A DNA stretch of 64,000 nucleotides, taken from NCBI RefSeq assembly GCF_009914755.1, contig NC_060926.1; one strand, 5' to 3'. Made by a program: the position numbers and the translations under genes. Source of the DNA: the human T2T-CHM13v2.0 reference genome, Homo sapiens. How positions within the stretch are numbered: the first letter of the stretch is position 1; each line of letters begins with the position of its first letter. Positions 51,601-64,000 of this stretch are shown piece by piece. The notes below the pieces were generated by a model that saw only the letters and a list, made by a program, of their open reading frames with translations, made no database searches and had not been told where the DNA came from.

Positions 51601-53920
51601 GCTCATGTTTTCTGATCAAAAGGTCCTGGAGCTGGAGACACAGGGAGGAGCTGGTGCTGCTCTTGTTTAAGTCTGAGGGTCGTGGAGCTGGAGACCCGGG
51701 GATAAGCTGATGTTCTAGTTTGAGGCTCCTGAAGCTGGAGACCCAGGTAGGAGTTCATGTTTTTCTGATCAGAGGGTCATGGAGCTGGAGACATGGGGAG
51801 GAGCTGATGTTTTCCTAGTTTGAGGGTCGTGTCGCTGGAAACCCGGGGAGGAGCTGCTGGTGTTCTAGTTTGTGGGTTGTGGAGCCGGAGATCCGGGGAG
51901 GAGCTGGTGTTTTTCTCATGTGAGGTTTGTGGAGCTGGATACCCAGGGGAGGAGCTAGTGTTTTTCTAGTTTGAGGGTCGTGCAGCTGACCCTCAAATGA
52001 CCTCAAACTAGAAAAACACTGACCCCCAAGGGTGTCCAGCTCCACGACCCTCAAACTAGAAAAACACCAGCTCCTCCCTGGGTGTCCAGCTCCACGACGC
52101 TCAAACTAGAAAAACACCAGCTCCTCCCTGGGTGTCCAGCTCCATGACGCTCAAACTAGAAAAACACCAGCTCCTCCCTGGGTGTCCAGCTCCACGATGC
52201 TCAAACTAGATTAAAATCAGCTCCTTCCCGGGTGTCCAGCTGCACGACCATCAAACTAGAAAAACCTGGGGAGTTTTTTTTTAGTTTGCTGCTGTTTTTC
52301 TAGTTTGAGGGTCATGTAGTTGGAGACCTGAGGAGGAGCTGATGTTCCAGATTGAGGGTCGTGGAGCTGGAGACCAGGGGAGGAGCTGGTGTTTTTTCTA
52401 GTTGGAGGATTGTGCAGCTGGAGACCCAGGGAGAAGCTGATGTTGTTTCAATTTGAGAGCCGTGGAGCTGGAGACCCGGAGAGGAGCTGATGGTGTTCTA
52501 GTTTGACAGTTGTAGAGCTGGAGACCCAGGGAGGAGCTGTTGTCTTTATAGTTTGAGTGTCATGCAGCTGGAGACCCTGGGAGGAGCTGATGTTCTAGTC
52601 TGAGAGTCGTGCAGCTGGAGACCCTGGGAGGAGCTGATGTTCTAGTCTGAGAGTCGTGCAGCTGGAGACCCTGGGAGGAGCTGATGTTCTAGTCTGAGAG
52701 TCGTGCGGCTGGAGACCCTGGGAGGAGCTGATGTTCTAGTCTGAGAGTCGTGCGGCTGGAGACCCTGGGAGGAGCTGATGTTCTAGTTTGACAGTCGTGC
52801 AGCTGGAGATCCAGGGAGGAGGTTGTCCTGTGGTTCAAATCTGAGGGTCCTGGAGCTGGAATCTATGGGAGAAGTTAGAGACCTGCAGAGGAGCCGGTGT
52901 TGGTGTTTCTAGTTGAGGGTCGTGGATCTGGAGATACAGCATGGAGTGGTGTTGTTCTAGTTGAGGGTCATGGAGCTAGAGACCCGGAGAGGAGCTGCTG
53001 TGTTTCTAGTTGAGGGTCATGGAGCTGGAGACCAGGGGAGGAACTGGTGTCTTTCTAGTTGAGGGTCGTGGATCTGGAGATACAGCATGGAGCGGTGTTG
53101 TTCTAGTTGAGGGTCGTGGAGCTGGAGACCCAGGGAGGAGCTGGCGTGTTTCTAGTTGAGGGTCGTGGAGCTGGAGACCTGGGGAGGAGCTGGTGTGTTT
53201 CTAGTTGAGGGTCGTGGTGCTGGAGACCCGGGGAGGAGCTGCTGTGTTTCTAGTTGAGGGTTGTTGTGGTGGAGACCCAGGAAGGAGCTGATGTTCCAGT
53301 TGAGGGTCGTGGAGCTGGAAACCCAGGGAGGAGCTGGTTCTTCTGTTGTTTAAGTCTGAAGATCGTCGAGTTGGAGATCCAGGGAAGAGCCAGTGCTGCG
53401 GTTCAAGTCTGAGGGTCTTGGAGCTTGAGCCCCCAGGAGGAGCCGGTGCTGCCACTAATGTCTTAGGTTGTAAAGCTGGAGACCCGCGGAGGAGCTGGTG
53501 TTGCTGTTCTAGTGGGAGGCTTGTGGAGCTGGAGACTGAGGGAGGAGCTGGTGTGTTTCTAGTTGGAGGGTCGTGCGGTTGGAGACCCGGGGAGGAGCTG
53601 ATGTTTTCCTAGCTTGAGGGTCGTGGAGATATAGACCCACGGATGAGCTGGTGCTGCTGTTGTTTAAGTCTGAGGGTCATGGAGCTGGAGATCTGGGGAA
53701 CAGCTGGTGCTGCGGTTCAAGTCTGAGGGTCTCAGAGCTGGAGCCCCCTGGGAGGAGTAGGTACTGCCACTGATGTCTTAGGTTTTGGAGCTGGAGACCT
53801 GTGGAGAAGCCAGGCTGGTGTTCTAGTTTGAGGTTTGTGGAGCTGGAATCCTGGTCAGGAGCCAGTGATGCTGTTTAAGTCTGAAGTTCATGGAGCTAAA
53901 CGTGGAGCTGATGTTGGGGA
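48610..53920. repeat. Layered satellite-like array (~26-50-bp units GAGCTGATGTTC(C/T)AGTTTGAGGG[CCGTGCAGCTGGAGACCC]) with an inverted block at 51988-52265
   Basis: More than 100 related units; homogeneous core at ~49000-51300 and diverged flanks. Confidence 0.95.
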
Positions 53921-54090
53921 AGTAGAGAGAGAGAGTTTCAGGACGCCGTGGAAACTGTACATGTAGCTGAATCCCAAGCAAGTTAAGCCTGGGAGCTTCT
54001 CAGTCCTCGGGATTAATGCATTCCTTTTTCTCTTACACAGTTTGGATTTGTTTTCTGTCTCATGAGACAGAAAGACCCTGATTAATACCC
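53920..54090 (+). mobile_element. Old MLT1 (J/K/L-type) LTR 3' end
   Basis: TTCTCAGT..ATTAATGCATTCCTTTTT..CAGTTTGGATTTGTTTTCTGTC..AGAAAGACCCTGATTAATAC. Confidence 0.55.
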
Positions 54091-55051
54091 TCAGGAATTG
54101 AAAAGCTTAAAAAAACTAAATGATATTGGAATAATAATAATAGAAATTAAACTATGATTATCCTGACTGACAGAATCACACACCACACACAATATATATT
54201 TTCAATCAGTTAGTAAAATAATATATAAATTGAAACATAGACCCATGAAGAGCTGTAAAAAGTTATTTCATGGAGAAGTGATGGATGACAGAGATTAATC
54301 TGAGAGTTACTGTTAATGGAGAAACTTAGAACTTACCATTTTTCCTGTGAGGTTTCGGTGCTAATACTGATACTCTGTGAGTTCTGGCAGCTGAATCCAT
54401 TCACATAGGCTGGTGATGCAGCAGGTGTCACAGAAGGACCCTGTCCCAGCTGGTCCTGCTCCACTGCTAGGATGGTGTGGCCTCTGATCTCTGACTGTGT
54501 CTTGAGGGGAGACCAGGCCCTTGATCACAAGCGTATCCATGGTGAGGTTCCGTGGATGGAACCTCATGGATGTTCCCTTCCTGATGTTCATTGGCCATCT
54601 TGCTATTTAATGCATCTTGTTAATAACTGTCTTCTAAACATTGAATAGAAATAAAGTATTTGTACAATATGGGTAAGGTATAAAGAATATTGACACATTG
54701 GACACAGAGGACCTCCACCAGGTTTAGGGAATAGAATCTGAAGAGACATAACTTTGGATGCTCCCTGGAGGCCCTGCCTGAGTCCCAGTCCCTTCTCTTC
54801 TCCTACAGAGGGAACCACTTCCTGCTTTAGTCTTTATTATTCCCACACTTTTCTTCATAGTACGTTTCTTTCACCGCGTATGTGTACATCCCTAAACAAT
54901 AAGCCATTTAGTTTTTGAACTTTGTTTTCTTTTTGAGGCAGGGTCTTGCTCTGTTGCCTTGGCTGTAGTTTTGAACTTTGATGTGAGGAAATTCTCCTGC
55001 GTGGCTGCTCCTGCACTGCATGGCTCTGAGCATCTGCTCTATGTCTATTTC

Positions 55052-55177
55052 TGTCCTCCATTCTCTCCTTGAGACCCACCCACACTGACATGGTTCATTT
55101 TCATTGCTGCGTGATCTCCTGTCTCCATTCTCTCCCTGAGACCCACCCACACTGACATGGTCCATTTTCATTGCTGC
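55052..55177. repeat. ~68-bp tandem duplication within an old L1 fragment
   Basis: CTCCATTCTCTCC(T/C)TGAGACCCACCCACACTGACATGGT(T/C)CATTTTCATTGCTGC x2. Confidence 0.85.
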
Positions 55178-55671
55178 ATGGTCTCTCGTTGTCTGAGGGG
55201 AGCATGGGAAATGTCTTCATCTTCCCGTGGATGAGTGTTTGGCCAGGTTGGGGCCCTGAGGACTGCGTTTTGCTGGGAACATTCTTGGGCATTTCTTTTG
55301 TCCACAAGTGCAGGTTGCTTCTGGTCAGTAGCTTTCAAGTTTTAAAATTTCATCCCAGGTAAAAAATGTAATTTTCCTCATAACCCACAACACACATCCT
55401 TTCATATACAAGCATAACAAAAATATACTTCACAACCATTCTTAGCAGTGCCTGTTGTTCCTGCTTCTCTCCATTCTCCCCAACACCTGCATGGATTGGG
55501 TGGTGGGATTTTTGCCCATCTGGTGGGTGTCACGTGATATCTCCCCGTTAGGCTGAGCCCCTCTTCATGTTTTCATTAGTCATTCCTCCACATTTCCTCT
55601 TTTGTGGAGGGCCGGTTCAGCTCTTTTGCCCAGTTTCTGTTAAGTTGTTTGAATTTTTGCACTTTTCTTTT

Positions 55672-56070
<399 letters not shown>

Positions 56071-56641
56071 TGAACGTGCAGGATATCCTCTCTGGTGGGA
56101 GAAGAGACAGAGAGGTGTAGACGGGTACAGAGAATCAGACCCGAGAGGAGGCCGAGTCAGGCGGGGGTTGCAGGCTGCTGTGAGGACTTGGCTCCTTCTC
56201 TGAGGCGGGTGGGATTAGCAGGGGATTTAAACGGAGGAACTGTGGGATCTCCCTTATGCATTTCTGCCATGGTTGGCTCAGCTGAACGCACCTCTTGAAC
56301 AAGACTTGGCCTTGGACACCCAGAGGCCCTTGGTTGAGGGTTTACCTCCTGACATGGCCACTGACACATCCACGTTTGGCTCCCACAGGGCTGGGCGGCC
56401 CCAAGACCTGCTCTGCCTGGGCCTTTCATTGGTGGCATTTCTCAAGTTTGTCCCCTCTCAAGTCTGCTCCCTCTGGAAAACCAAACACCTCTCTCTCCCA
56501 CATGGAAACCCCCATCAGCACCTCCCCCAACTCACAAGGCATCCCGTCAACATCACAGTCCCGACCTTCCCACACGGACAAGCTCACGGGACCCCCCGAT
56601 GGACCAGGACAGCGTGAGCACTAAGACATGCCCTGAGACTC

Positions 56642-57001
56642 ACAGGAAGAGCGGACCAAGAAGACGGGAACAGCACGGGGCCCTGGGAGCTGCAAATGCC
56701 CACGATACCGTGAGAGATGGAGAAAGGTATGACAGGAGGAGCAGACCAAGAAGACGGGAACAGCACGGGGCACTGGGAGCTGCAAATGCCCACGATACTG
56801 TGAGAGACGGAGAAAGGTATGACAGGAGGAGCAGACCAAGAAGACGGGAGCAGCACGGGGCACTGGGAGCTGCAAATGCCCACGATACCGTGAGAGACGG
56901 AGAAAGGTATGACAGGAGGAGCAGACCAAGAAGACAGGAGCAGCACGGGGCACTGGGAGCTGCAAACGCCCATGATACTGTGAGAGACGGAGAAAGGTAT
57001 G
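56642..57001. repeat. Minisatellite, 90-bp unit, 4 copies
   Basis: 30-aa periodic ORF; GACCAAGAAGACGGG...GAGAAAGGTATG x4. Confidence 0.97.
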
Positions 57002-57029
57002 GCCATGGCGGACACAAAATGTTACTCAA

Positions 57030-58100
57030 CATTTATCACAGGCCTAAATGGAGAACATAACGCTATCAAACCCTTAGACAAAAACACAGGGGAAAATTCG
57101 TACGGCCTGGGGTTAGGCGAAAAGTTCTTAGACATGACACCAAAAGCATGATTCATAAAAGATTGACAAATTAAACTTAATCATACATTTAAAATTATAA
57201 TTCTATAAAGCAATATAAAAATCCAAAGAGAATGAAACACAAACTATGGTCTAGAAATAAACATTTGTGAATCACACGTCTCACAGCCTACTGGCACGCA
57301 GGATATGTGAAGAACCATCAAAACTTAACCATAAGAAAGTAAAAGCCCCAGTATTAAAGAGAGGGCCAATATTGGAACGGAGGCCTCATCAAAGAAGGTA
57401 TAAGGAGGGCATATTGCCCGAGAAAGAGGCTCAACGTCATAGAGATGCTGGAGAAATGCCAATCAACAGAACCTCTGCAAATCTATTAAAAGGGCTAAAA
57501 ACAGACAAAAACCACAGGCCGACCCAGGTTCTAATGATGATGCAAAGGAACTGGGACCCTCATAAGCTGCATGGGAATGGGAGGGGCCCCACCATGCTGG
57601 AAAGTGGTCCAGGAGTTTCTTATTAAGTTAAGCACATCCTTACCACGTCACCCAGCAACCCCACTCCTGAAATTTCCCCCAAGAGAAAACTTAAATGTGC
57701 ACACACAAACCTGCACACAAGTGTTTAGGCCTCATTCCTCATTGCCAATAGCTGGAAGAAAACAAAATGTCCACCGGCAGGAGAAGGTGTGAACCAACGC
57801 GGATGCTTCCACATAGGGAGCACCAACCTGCAGTGGAAACAAGCACCCACAATGCCCCAGGTCTCCCAGGCCACATGCCCGGTGAAGGAAGCTAGTTTCG
57901 GTGGGCACAGGCCGAAGGATGCCACCACGTGACATCTTAGAGAAGACAGTGTACCGTGTCGGGGAGCAGGGCAGTGGTTTCGAGAGGCTACGGGTGGAGG
58001 GGCGAATGGAGGAGCTCTCTGGGGAGATGGCGTGAGCACCTGAACCTCACTGTGGGCTGCTGCAGTTGAGAGGCTGTACAGCACACACTGGCTTCAGTAC
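57030..58100 (+). mobile_element. Old L1M (L1MD/ME-like) ORF2 end and 3' UTR
   Basis: AAAAACACAGGGGAAAAT, TTCTTAGACATGACACCAAAAGCA, AACTTAACCATAAGAAA, CCCAGCAACCCCACTCCT, CACACACAAACCTGCACACAAGTGTTTA. Confidence 0.8.
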
Positions 58101-58727
58101 ACACAGACTGAAGGAGGAAGGCTCCCACAACTCAAAGACAGAGGGTGTCACCTCCATGAAACAAAAACATATTAAAAAAAACTCCTAAAATTAAGAAAAA
58201 AACACAACAAGTATTTTATAAGCGCGTTGGACTTTGAGTTGACATAATCGACCTGGGAGCGTGGAACTGAAACCACAGGCTTGGCAATCCCGGAGGGAGA
58301 GAGTGGAGGGTTTAGACCTCAATTGAAGGGCTCAGTACCTGGCTATAGGAAATAACAGATTTAAAAAGCGGCAGGGAGGAAATAATTTCTGCTGATGAGG
58401 CTGCATTTCTCCAGATAGCCAGCAGAGTAAATTAAAGCAATATAGTAAAACAATGCACATCTTGACGGAAACTCACGATCACAAGGTTGTGGTGAAGGAG
58501 ATTTGAAGATGTCCAGGAAAGAAAGACAAATGAGATGCATGTTGCAGCTGCCCTTCAAGGGGGGTGTGGGCCAGGTAGCCGTGATTCTCCGTGACGTTGC
58601 AGGAATTCTCCTGGCTGGGTCCTCAGGAGCCGTTTCTTCTTGTCCACACTCACCTCCGGGGGCTGGTATGGGTCCCTGGTGGTCATGACTGCACTCAGGG
58701 CCAGGGGCCTGCTGAGGCTGCTCTCCC

Positions 58728-59203
58728 TGTTCCCGAAACACAGGGGTTTGGTCCAGATCCCGCTGCTCACCACACAGAAAGCCTGTCACTGAGACGACGC
58801 TTACTGCCAATGAGGAAGGCATGCATCAGGAGCTGCAGGCCTGGAGATGGGAGGTCAGCTTCAAATCCATCTTCCTGACTGACTGTATAGCAGGGAAGAA
58901 GTGTGACTGTGTGTAAGGAAAACAGGAATTAGGGAGAGTGAGGAAGAGGAGTTGGTCAGGAGGAGGCAGGTGGCTGGTCAGGCACTCATGATGGGTGAGG
59001 GGTTTGGCGTCTCACTGTCCAGATGCCGTGATCTGGTGAGTCTCTCTTCCTTCACACTACCCGGGAGGCCTGATGGTCAGTTTCCTGAGAAAGGAACTCA
59101 AGACAAATGTCAAGTTCTCAAGTTTCAAGACCACAAGGATCCATTTCTATGTTATTCAGAGAAACCATGAACATCAGTTCTATGGGACAATCGGGCCAGT
59201 TCA
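58728..59203 (-). mobile_element. ERV1-class solo LTR (LTR26-like, family uncertain)
   Basis: TGTTCCCGAAACACAGGGGTTTGGTCCAGATCCCGCTGCTC..CACAGAAAGCC ... AACATCAGTTCTATGGGACAATCGGGCCAGTTCA; TG/CA termini. Confidence 0.6.
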
Positions 59204-60469
59204 ACACCAGATCTGATCTGCCACGACACCTGCTGCTCGGCCCTCAGATAAAGCCCAGAGTCCAGTGTCCTCTCCCCGACCCCAGCCTGGCCCCACACCC
59301 ACACCCCCCCACTTCACCCTGGGCCTCAGTGCTCTCCCACTGCAGAGGGGTCAGGGAGCTGCACACGCCCCGCGTGCACCTGGGCACGTGGTGTATTTCA
59401 GATGCACCTGGTGTCACTGTTCGCACAAACCCAAGTGGGAAGAGATCCAAATTCTCGTTCACCACAGATGGATGAGGACGTCCCAGCAAGTCCCTCAGTG
59501 GAGTCAGCCAGCACAAGGCGAGTGAGGGACCTCCGGAGACATGAATGGGTCTCAGACAGTGTGTGAGTGGATGAAGCAGGAAAAACACATGCTGCTAGTT
59601 AATTCATTTATGTTGAGCTCAAAATAGTCCACATCAGAAAGACTGTTTGGGGCTGCAGGAATTCCGTGGACAATTGCAAACAAGGCAAGGGAAGGAGGAC
59701 CAGAGAGGTGAGGAGGACGCTCCCTTCGGGGACGGAGAGAGTAAGACCTGGCATTGCACACGGGACGGGGGGCCTGTCGAGGCACCTCTTTGCTTCTGAG
59801 AGTCTGTTTTCATGGACAGTCTTCTACAAAATGTACATGGCAGCTTTTTAGGGCCAGGGTCACCGGGATTTGTCTTTACACCTCCCCAGCCCGGGAACCA
59901 CCACCTCTACCAGCCCCGTCCACACAGTTGAATCTCATCTTAAGTTCTCTGGAGCCCGACCCCCCACGCACACCCTCCTGGTCTGGGCGTCTCACCTGCA
60001 TCCGCACAAGTGCCTCAGGAGGGTGGAGTGTCTGGTGCTCGGCACTGGAGGCTCAGCCCACACTGAGCCGGACAGTCGCAGGCCTCCTGGATGAATGAAG
60101 CATGAACGAATCCCGATCCTGTTACCACAGCTTCTCCCCAAGCATCCCCAGCAGAACGTTGTGTAAAAACCACACCAGGATTCGTACATGCCAGAGGACT
60201 GAACTTCTGCGTGTTGAAGATAATTCATCTTCCTGAATCACTGCCGATCTGCCATGTGGTTAACCACGGAATAAACATGGGGGAGAGTGTAAGCACCGCC
60301 CTAACAACCTCACGCTTCTTCCGTTACCCTTTAAAATTACAGGGTACTGACTTCATAATTGTGTTTCTCTTGTAAATGAGACTCTCATGGAAAAATCAGC
60401 TATGTAGGTGACAGCTTTGTAAACCTTTAGATTGAAATGTCACTTCGATTATTTCAAGTGTAAAAGTGT

Positions 60470-60670
60470 TTCAGCTTTTTTGAGGTATAATTGATACTCA
60501 GAGAGCTGCACACATTTCATGTGTACACTTTGGTGAGGATTGACCTGAGCAAACACCTGTGAAACCATCACCAAATCAAAGCAATCGAGGAATTCTGCAC
60601 CTCCTGGAGGCTTCCTTGCGCCTGTGCCCGTGGTGAGGACACAGCACGAGATCTTCCCTCTCAGCCAGTC
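60470..60670 (-). mobile_element. L1MB-type 3' end fragment
   Basis: CAGCTTTTTTGAGGTATAATTGA, TGTACACTTTG, CTGTGAAACCATCACCA..ATCAA. Confidence 0.75.
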
Positions 60671-61270
60671 GCAAACAGCCAATAAGAAAATAACACCAGG
60701 CCTCCTGGTGAACACACACCTGTAATTTAATTGTTGATCTTTTAACCTGGCATTCACATTCTTCATTGAGAATACGGCAAAGACTTTAGAAGTCATCTAA
60801 AGTATCAGTAATTTGAAGTCCTTTAATACAAAAAGTATAGAATATTACCTTTCGTCACATAGCAATAGGGAAATGAAAAAAGAAAATTGACTTATTTTCT
60901 TTACTGGCTAGGAAAATATTCTTAAAAAGATACGTGCAGGTGAATCTAACAAATAACAAATTTATTTCTTTACGTAGATAAATATAAGGTTAGATCCGTG
61001 TAAATAAATGAAGCCATTAATGGTAGAGTCCCACAGATCACAGAACTGACCCCGCATCCAGCTCTGCTCACGATTTCAGGGAGTCATTTCCAGGCGCAGG
61101 TTGAGCTGGAGAAGCTGGGGAACCTTGTAGCCCCACTGTCCTTCCTGCCTCATAGGGCCTCTGAGGGGTGCCTGGAACATCTCTCCTCTTGGTCTTTGAA
61201 GATCATTTCACTTATGCAACATTTTCCAGGTGCCATGGACCCGAGCCCAGAAACCATGGTACCAGAACAA

Positions 61271-61572
61271 CCCGAGAGCTGGGGTCACCCGAGAGAGGGC
61301 AGAGGGTAGACAGTGGCTCCCCAGGAGTGAGCCGAGACCCAGGGTCACCCGAGAGAGGGCAGAGGGTAGACGGTGGCTCCCCAGGAGTGAGCTGAGAGCA
61401 GGGGTCACCCCCAGGAGTGAGCTGAGAGCCGGGGTCACCCAAGAGAGGGCAGAGGGTAGACAGCGGCTCCCCAAGAGTGAGCCGAGAGCCGGGGTCACCC
61501 CCAGGAGTGAGCTGAGAGCCGGGGTCACCCGAGAGAGGACAGAGGGTAGACAGTGGCTCCCCAGGAGTGAGC
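61271..61572. repeat. Composite VNTR of 60-bp units with 30-bp sub-units
   Basis: GGGGTCACCC[GAGAGAGGGCAGAGGGTAGACAGTGGCTCC]CCAGGAGTGAGC; the bracketed 30 bp is present or absent. Confidence 0.93.
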
Positions 61573-64000
61573 ACCAGGCACTGTCAGGGGTTCTCTCCCC
61601 AGCACATTTACAAGGGACTCGATGGGTTCTTCTTCCTTCAGGAGCAATCCCAGTGGGCAGAAGGAGGGGATGGGAGGCCTGGCAAACGCTCCTCCCCAGT
61701 TCCATTCCAAGCTCCACGGGGCTCCGGCAGGCCCCATGTCATGTGCAGATGAGGGATTAGGGTTCCTGCCTAGCCTCGCTGCTCTCAGGCCCTCATGGGC
61801 TCCTCTCCCCACCCCCCATGCAGCCGGCAGACCCTGCTCCCACCCAGCTGTTCTCAGTGTTTCTCTTCCTTCCTGGATGACGCCCTACCTGGGGCACCCA
61901 TTCCTGTGGCACCCCAGCCCTTCACTGCAGCACGCATCCTGTCACCTCCACAGTGAGACCATCCTGGAACCATGATCAGCCCATCAGTTTCATCCACCCT
62001 CCTCCTAGCCCATTTTCTGTGCTTATTTATTGTCCCCCAAACTCCTGCCTATGATTTAAAACTAAGTGTGAGTCTAGTCTGTTACAATGATATGGATTCC
62101 AGATCTTCGGAATCAAAATGCTCCAAGGTTTAACTCACAAACTTGTCTTCTTTATTTTGCATTTTATGTGAATGCCTTTGGTAATACCATCATCGGTTGC
62201 GCCGATGGAGGGAGCAAAGATCTCATGGTGTTGGTTAAAGGGAGTGTGGCCCAGGGCCTGAGGTCTGAGAAGGAGCTTATTCCTCGGCGAGGTGGAAATA
62301 ACACAGACTGCAAAGCCCACCTTGGGGGCACCACAGAGGAGAAAGCAACCACATTACTGAGAGGCCACAGAATAACTGAGCTCGTTTAGGGGTGAGAACG
62401 AGGCTGCATCTCTGCCCTTTCCCTCTCCCCTGCCCTCGTTCTCTCTCTCTCTCTTTTTCTCTTTCTTCCTTTCATCTGGGTCTAACTGGGCTCATTTGTC
62501 TTCAGCATCCCTAGGAAACTTCATGAAACCAGTGTTATTATGGTCAATTTGCAGTTTAAAAATTCAGTGCAGAAAGGTTAAACAAATTGCTCAAGTTTGC
62601 CCAGCCAATATCTGGCAGAGTCAACGGCACTGGAATTCAGATGTGGCTACATGTTTTGTGGTCTTTCTATTCTTTCTGATACATAAAGTTTTCATTTAAC
62701 GAGACTTATAATGCATAACACGGTTTTGAAAGGTGAAGACAAAGTGAGGTGCACACTAAGGGGCAGCCTCCCCTGCAGGAGTGAGGTGTGAGCGCTCCCG
62801 GGAGCCGGCAGCCAGCAGCAGGCTGGGCCTGAGGACAGAGCCTGTGATTCCATCCATGATTTACCAGTGCTTTCAGCTTTGAACACGCGTTAAATAAATA
62901 GAGCTGTTTTCAAAATTAAATGAACAATACATTCTTTTCAGCATTTCCACCTAATTGCAATTCCTTTTTCTTTTATTCATGAATTCAATAGTCTATGCTT
63001 TTTGAAAACTGATATTCCCTGTAATGAAGCCCTGTGGTTTCACTGAGTGTCGGGTTTGAAATGTTGTAAAATACATGTAACACTCATCCCATTCAAAAGG
63101 TGTAGAAATGGATTACTAAGGGGTACTCAGGGGAGTTTTGCTTGAAAGCTGAGGCAAAATCATAGTTGATGCAGGTGAAAATATTTAATTTAATAACCTT
63201 TAATGAATAATTCAGTTTTCAGGTTACATGAAAGCGACACCTTTATTTGCATTACACATCTCTGCCCCCAGTCATGTCAATGTGTCTTTCCTGAATGCAG
63301 TTTTAGGATAAGGACAATCCTTGGAAATCCACCTTCCAGAAGGTTCCACTGTTGCGGCTTTGGGATCAGGAAAGGGGATTTGCAGGAAGGGACAATTGAG
63401 AGGGCTTCTCCCTGCTATGGAGACACACAGCTGTCTGTACTTCACGGGACCCCCTCCTTCAGATCCAGAAGACACTGAAAAGAAACGCAGGGCTTTGAAC
63501 CTGGGCTGGGGCTCCCGGGGCTGGGCGGCTGCTGCCTCTCGCTGAGGGAATCCACACTCTCGAGGCAGCACCTCGCAGAGCAGGTCACCTCGACTGCCCC
63601 ATGATGTCCACGAGGCTTGTTCCTGTCTTACTACGATCGAGAAGACAGCATGTGATTTTATGAACACCCCGTAAAGAAAACCTGAAAACCGTGTTCAAAG
63701 AAATGCCATTGAGCAAAAGGGCAGCTGTGGACCTGGCAGGTGGGGCCTGCGGTGCCTGAGGTCACGGCCAGCAGCCCCGGGAACGGCTCCGTCTCAAGGA
63801 CATCTTAAGGCCAGTAGGGGCATTTGGGACGGCAGAGGCCTCACCCTGAAAGTGGTGGTTTCCACAGCTGGACACGTCCACAGGACCTCAGAGGGGAGGG
63901 TCAGAGCTGAGAGCTGAGATCCAAGCCGCGGTGTGGGTGAAGAAGGAGCGGGCAGGGATCGCTCTCCGGGAGAGGCCTGGATCTGGGCCTGAGCAGAGCC

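Noticed and set aside
48612-53612. Family of short LKLEHQL/RPSNWNISS ORFs as a peptide gene cluster
   Set aside because: Antisense translation of variable-length satellite units with constant frameshifts

Overview
This is primate (human/great-ape-like, AluY present) non-coding genomic DNA with a GC-rich, subtelomeric character. I cannot support any protein-coding gene, rRNA, tRNA or CRISPR array. Every long ORF in the track maps onto a tandem repeat, a microsatellite or an Alu. The window holds an unusually dense set of tandem arrays: about 15 minisatellites, a 1.2-kb (CCAT)n tract and a ~5.3-kb layered satellite-like array (48610-53920) with an internal inversion. The minisatellites include a 5-kb indel-free 42-bp VNTR (33872-38948) and a 1.85-kb 42/44-bp VNTR (30077-31920). 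These arrays sit among ordinary old transposon fossils (L1M, MLT1/MLT2/MST and ERV1 LTRs, MER30, MADE1, Alus), several with readable target-site duplications. A CpG-rich patch at ~41.3-42.3 kb with a consensus splice donor and two downstream exon-like segments suggests a possible + strand lncRNA or pseudogene transcript. The best leads are structural or regulatory: the 42-bp VNTR open in four frames, the fold-back inversion in the satellite, a 44-bp templated insertion inside an MST LTR, a VNTR forming an 11-site CACGTG E-box cluster, and minisatellites repeatedly arising inside TE fossils. I do not see firm evidence for a wholly new biological system. Repeat family names come from recalled consensus similarity, not from a database search.
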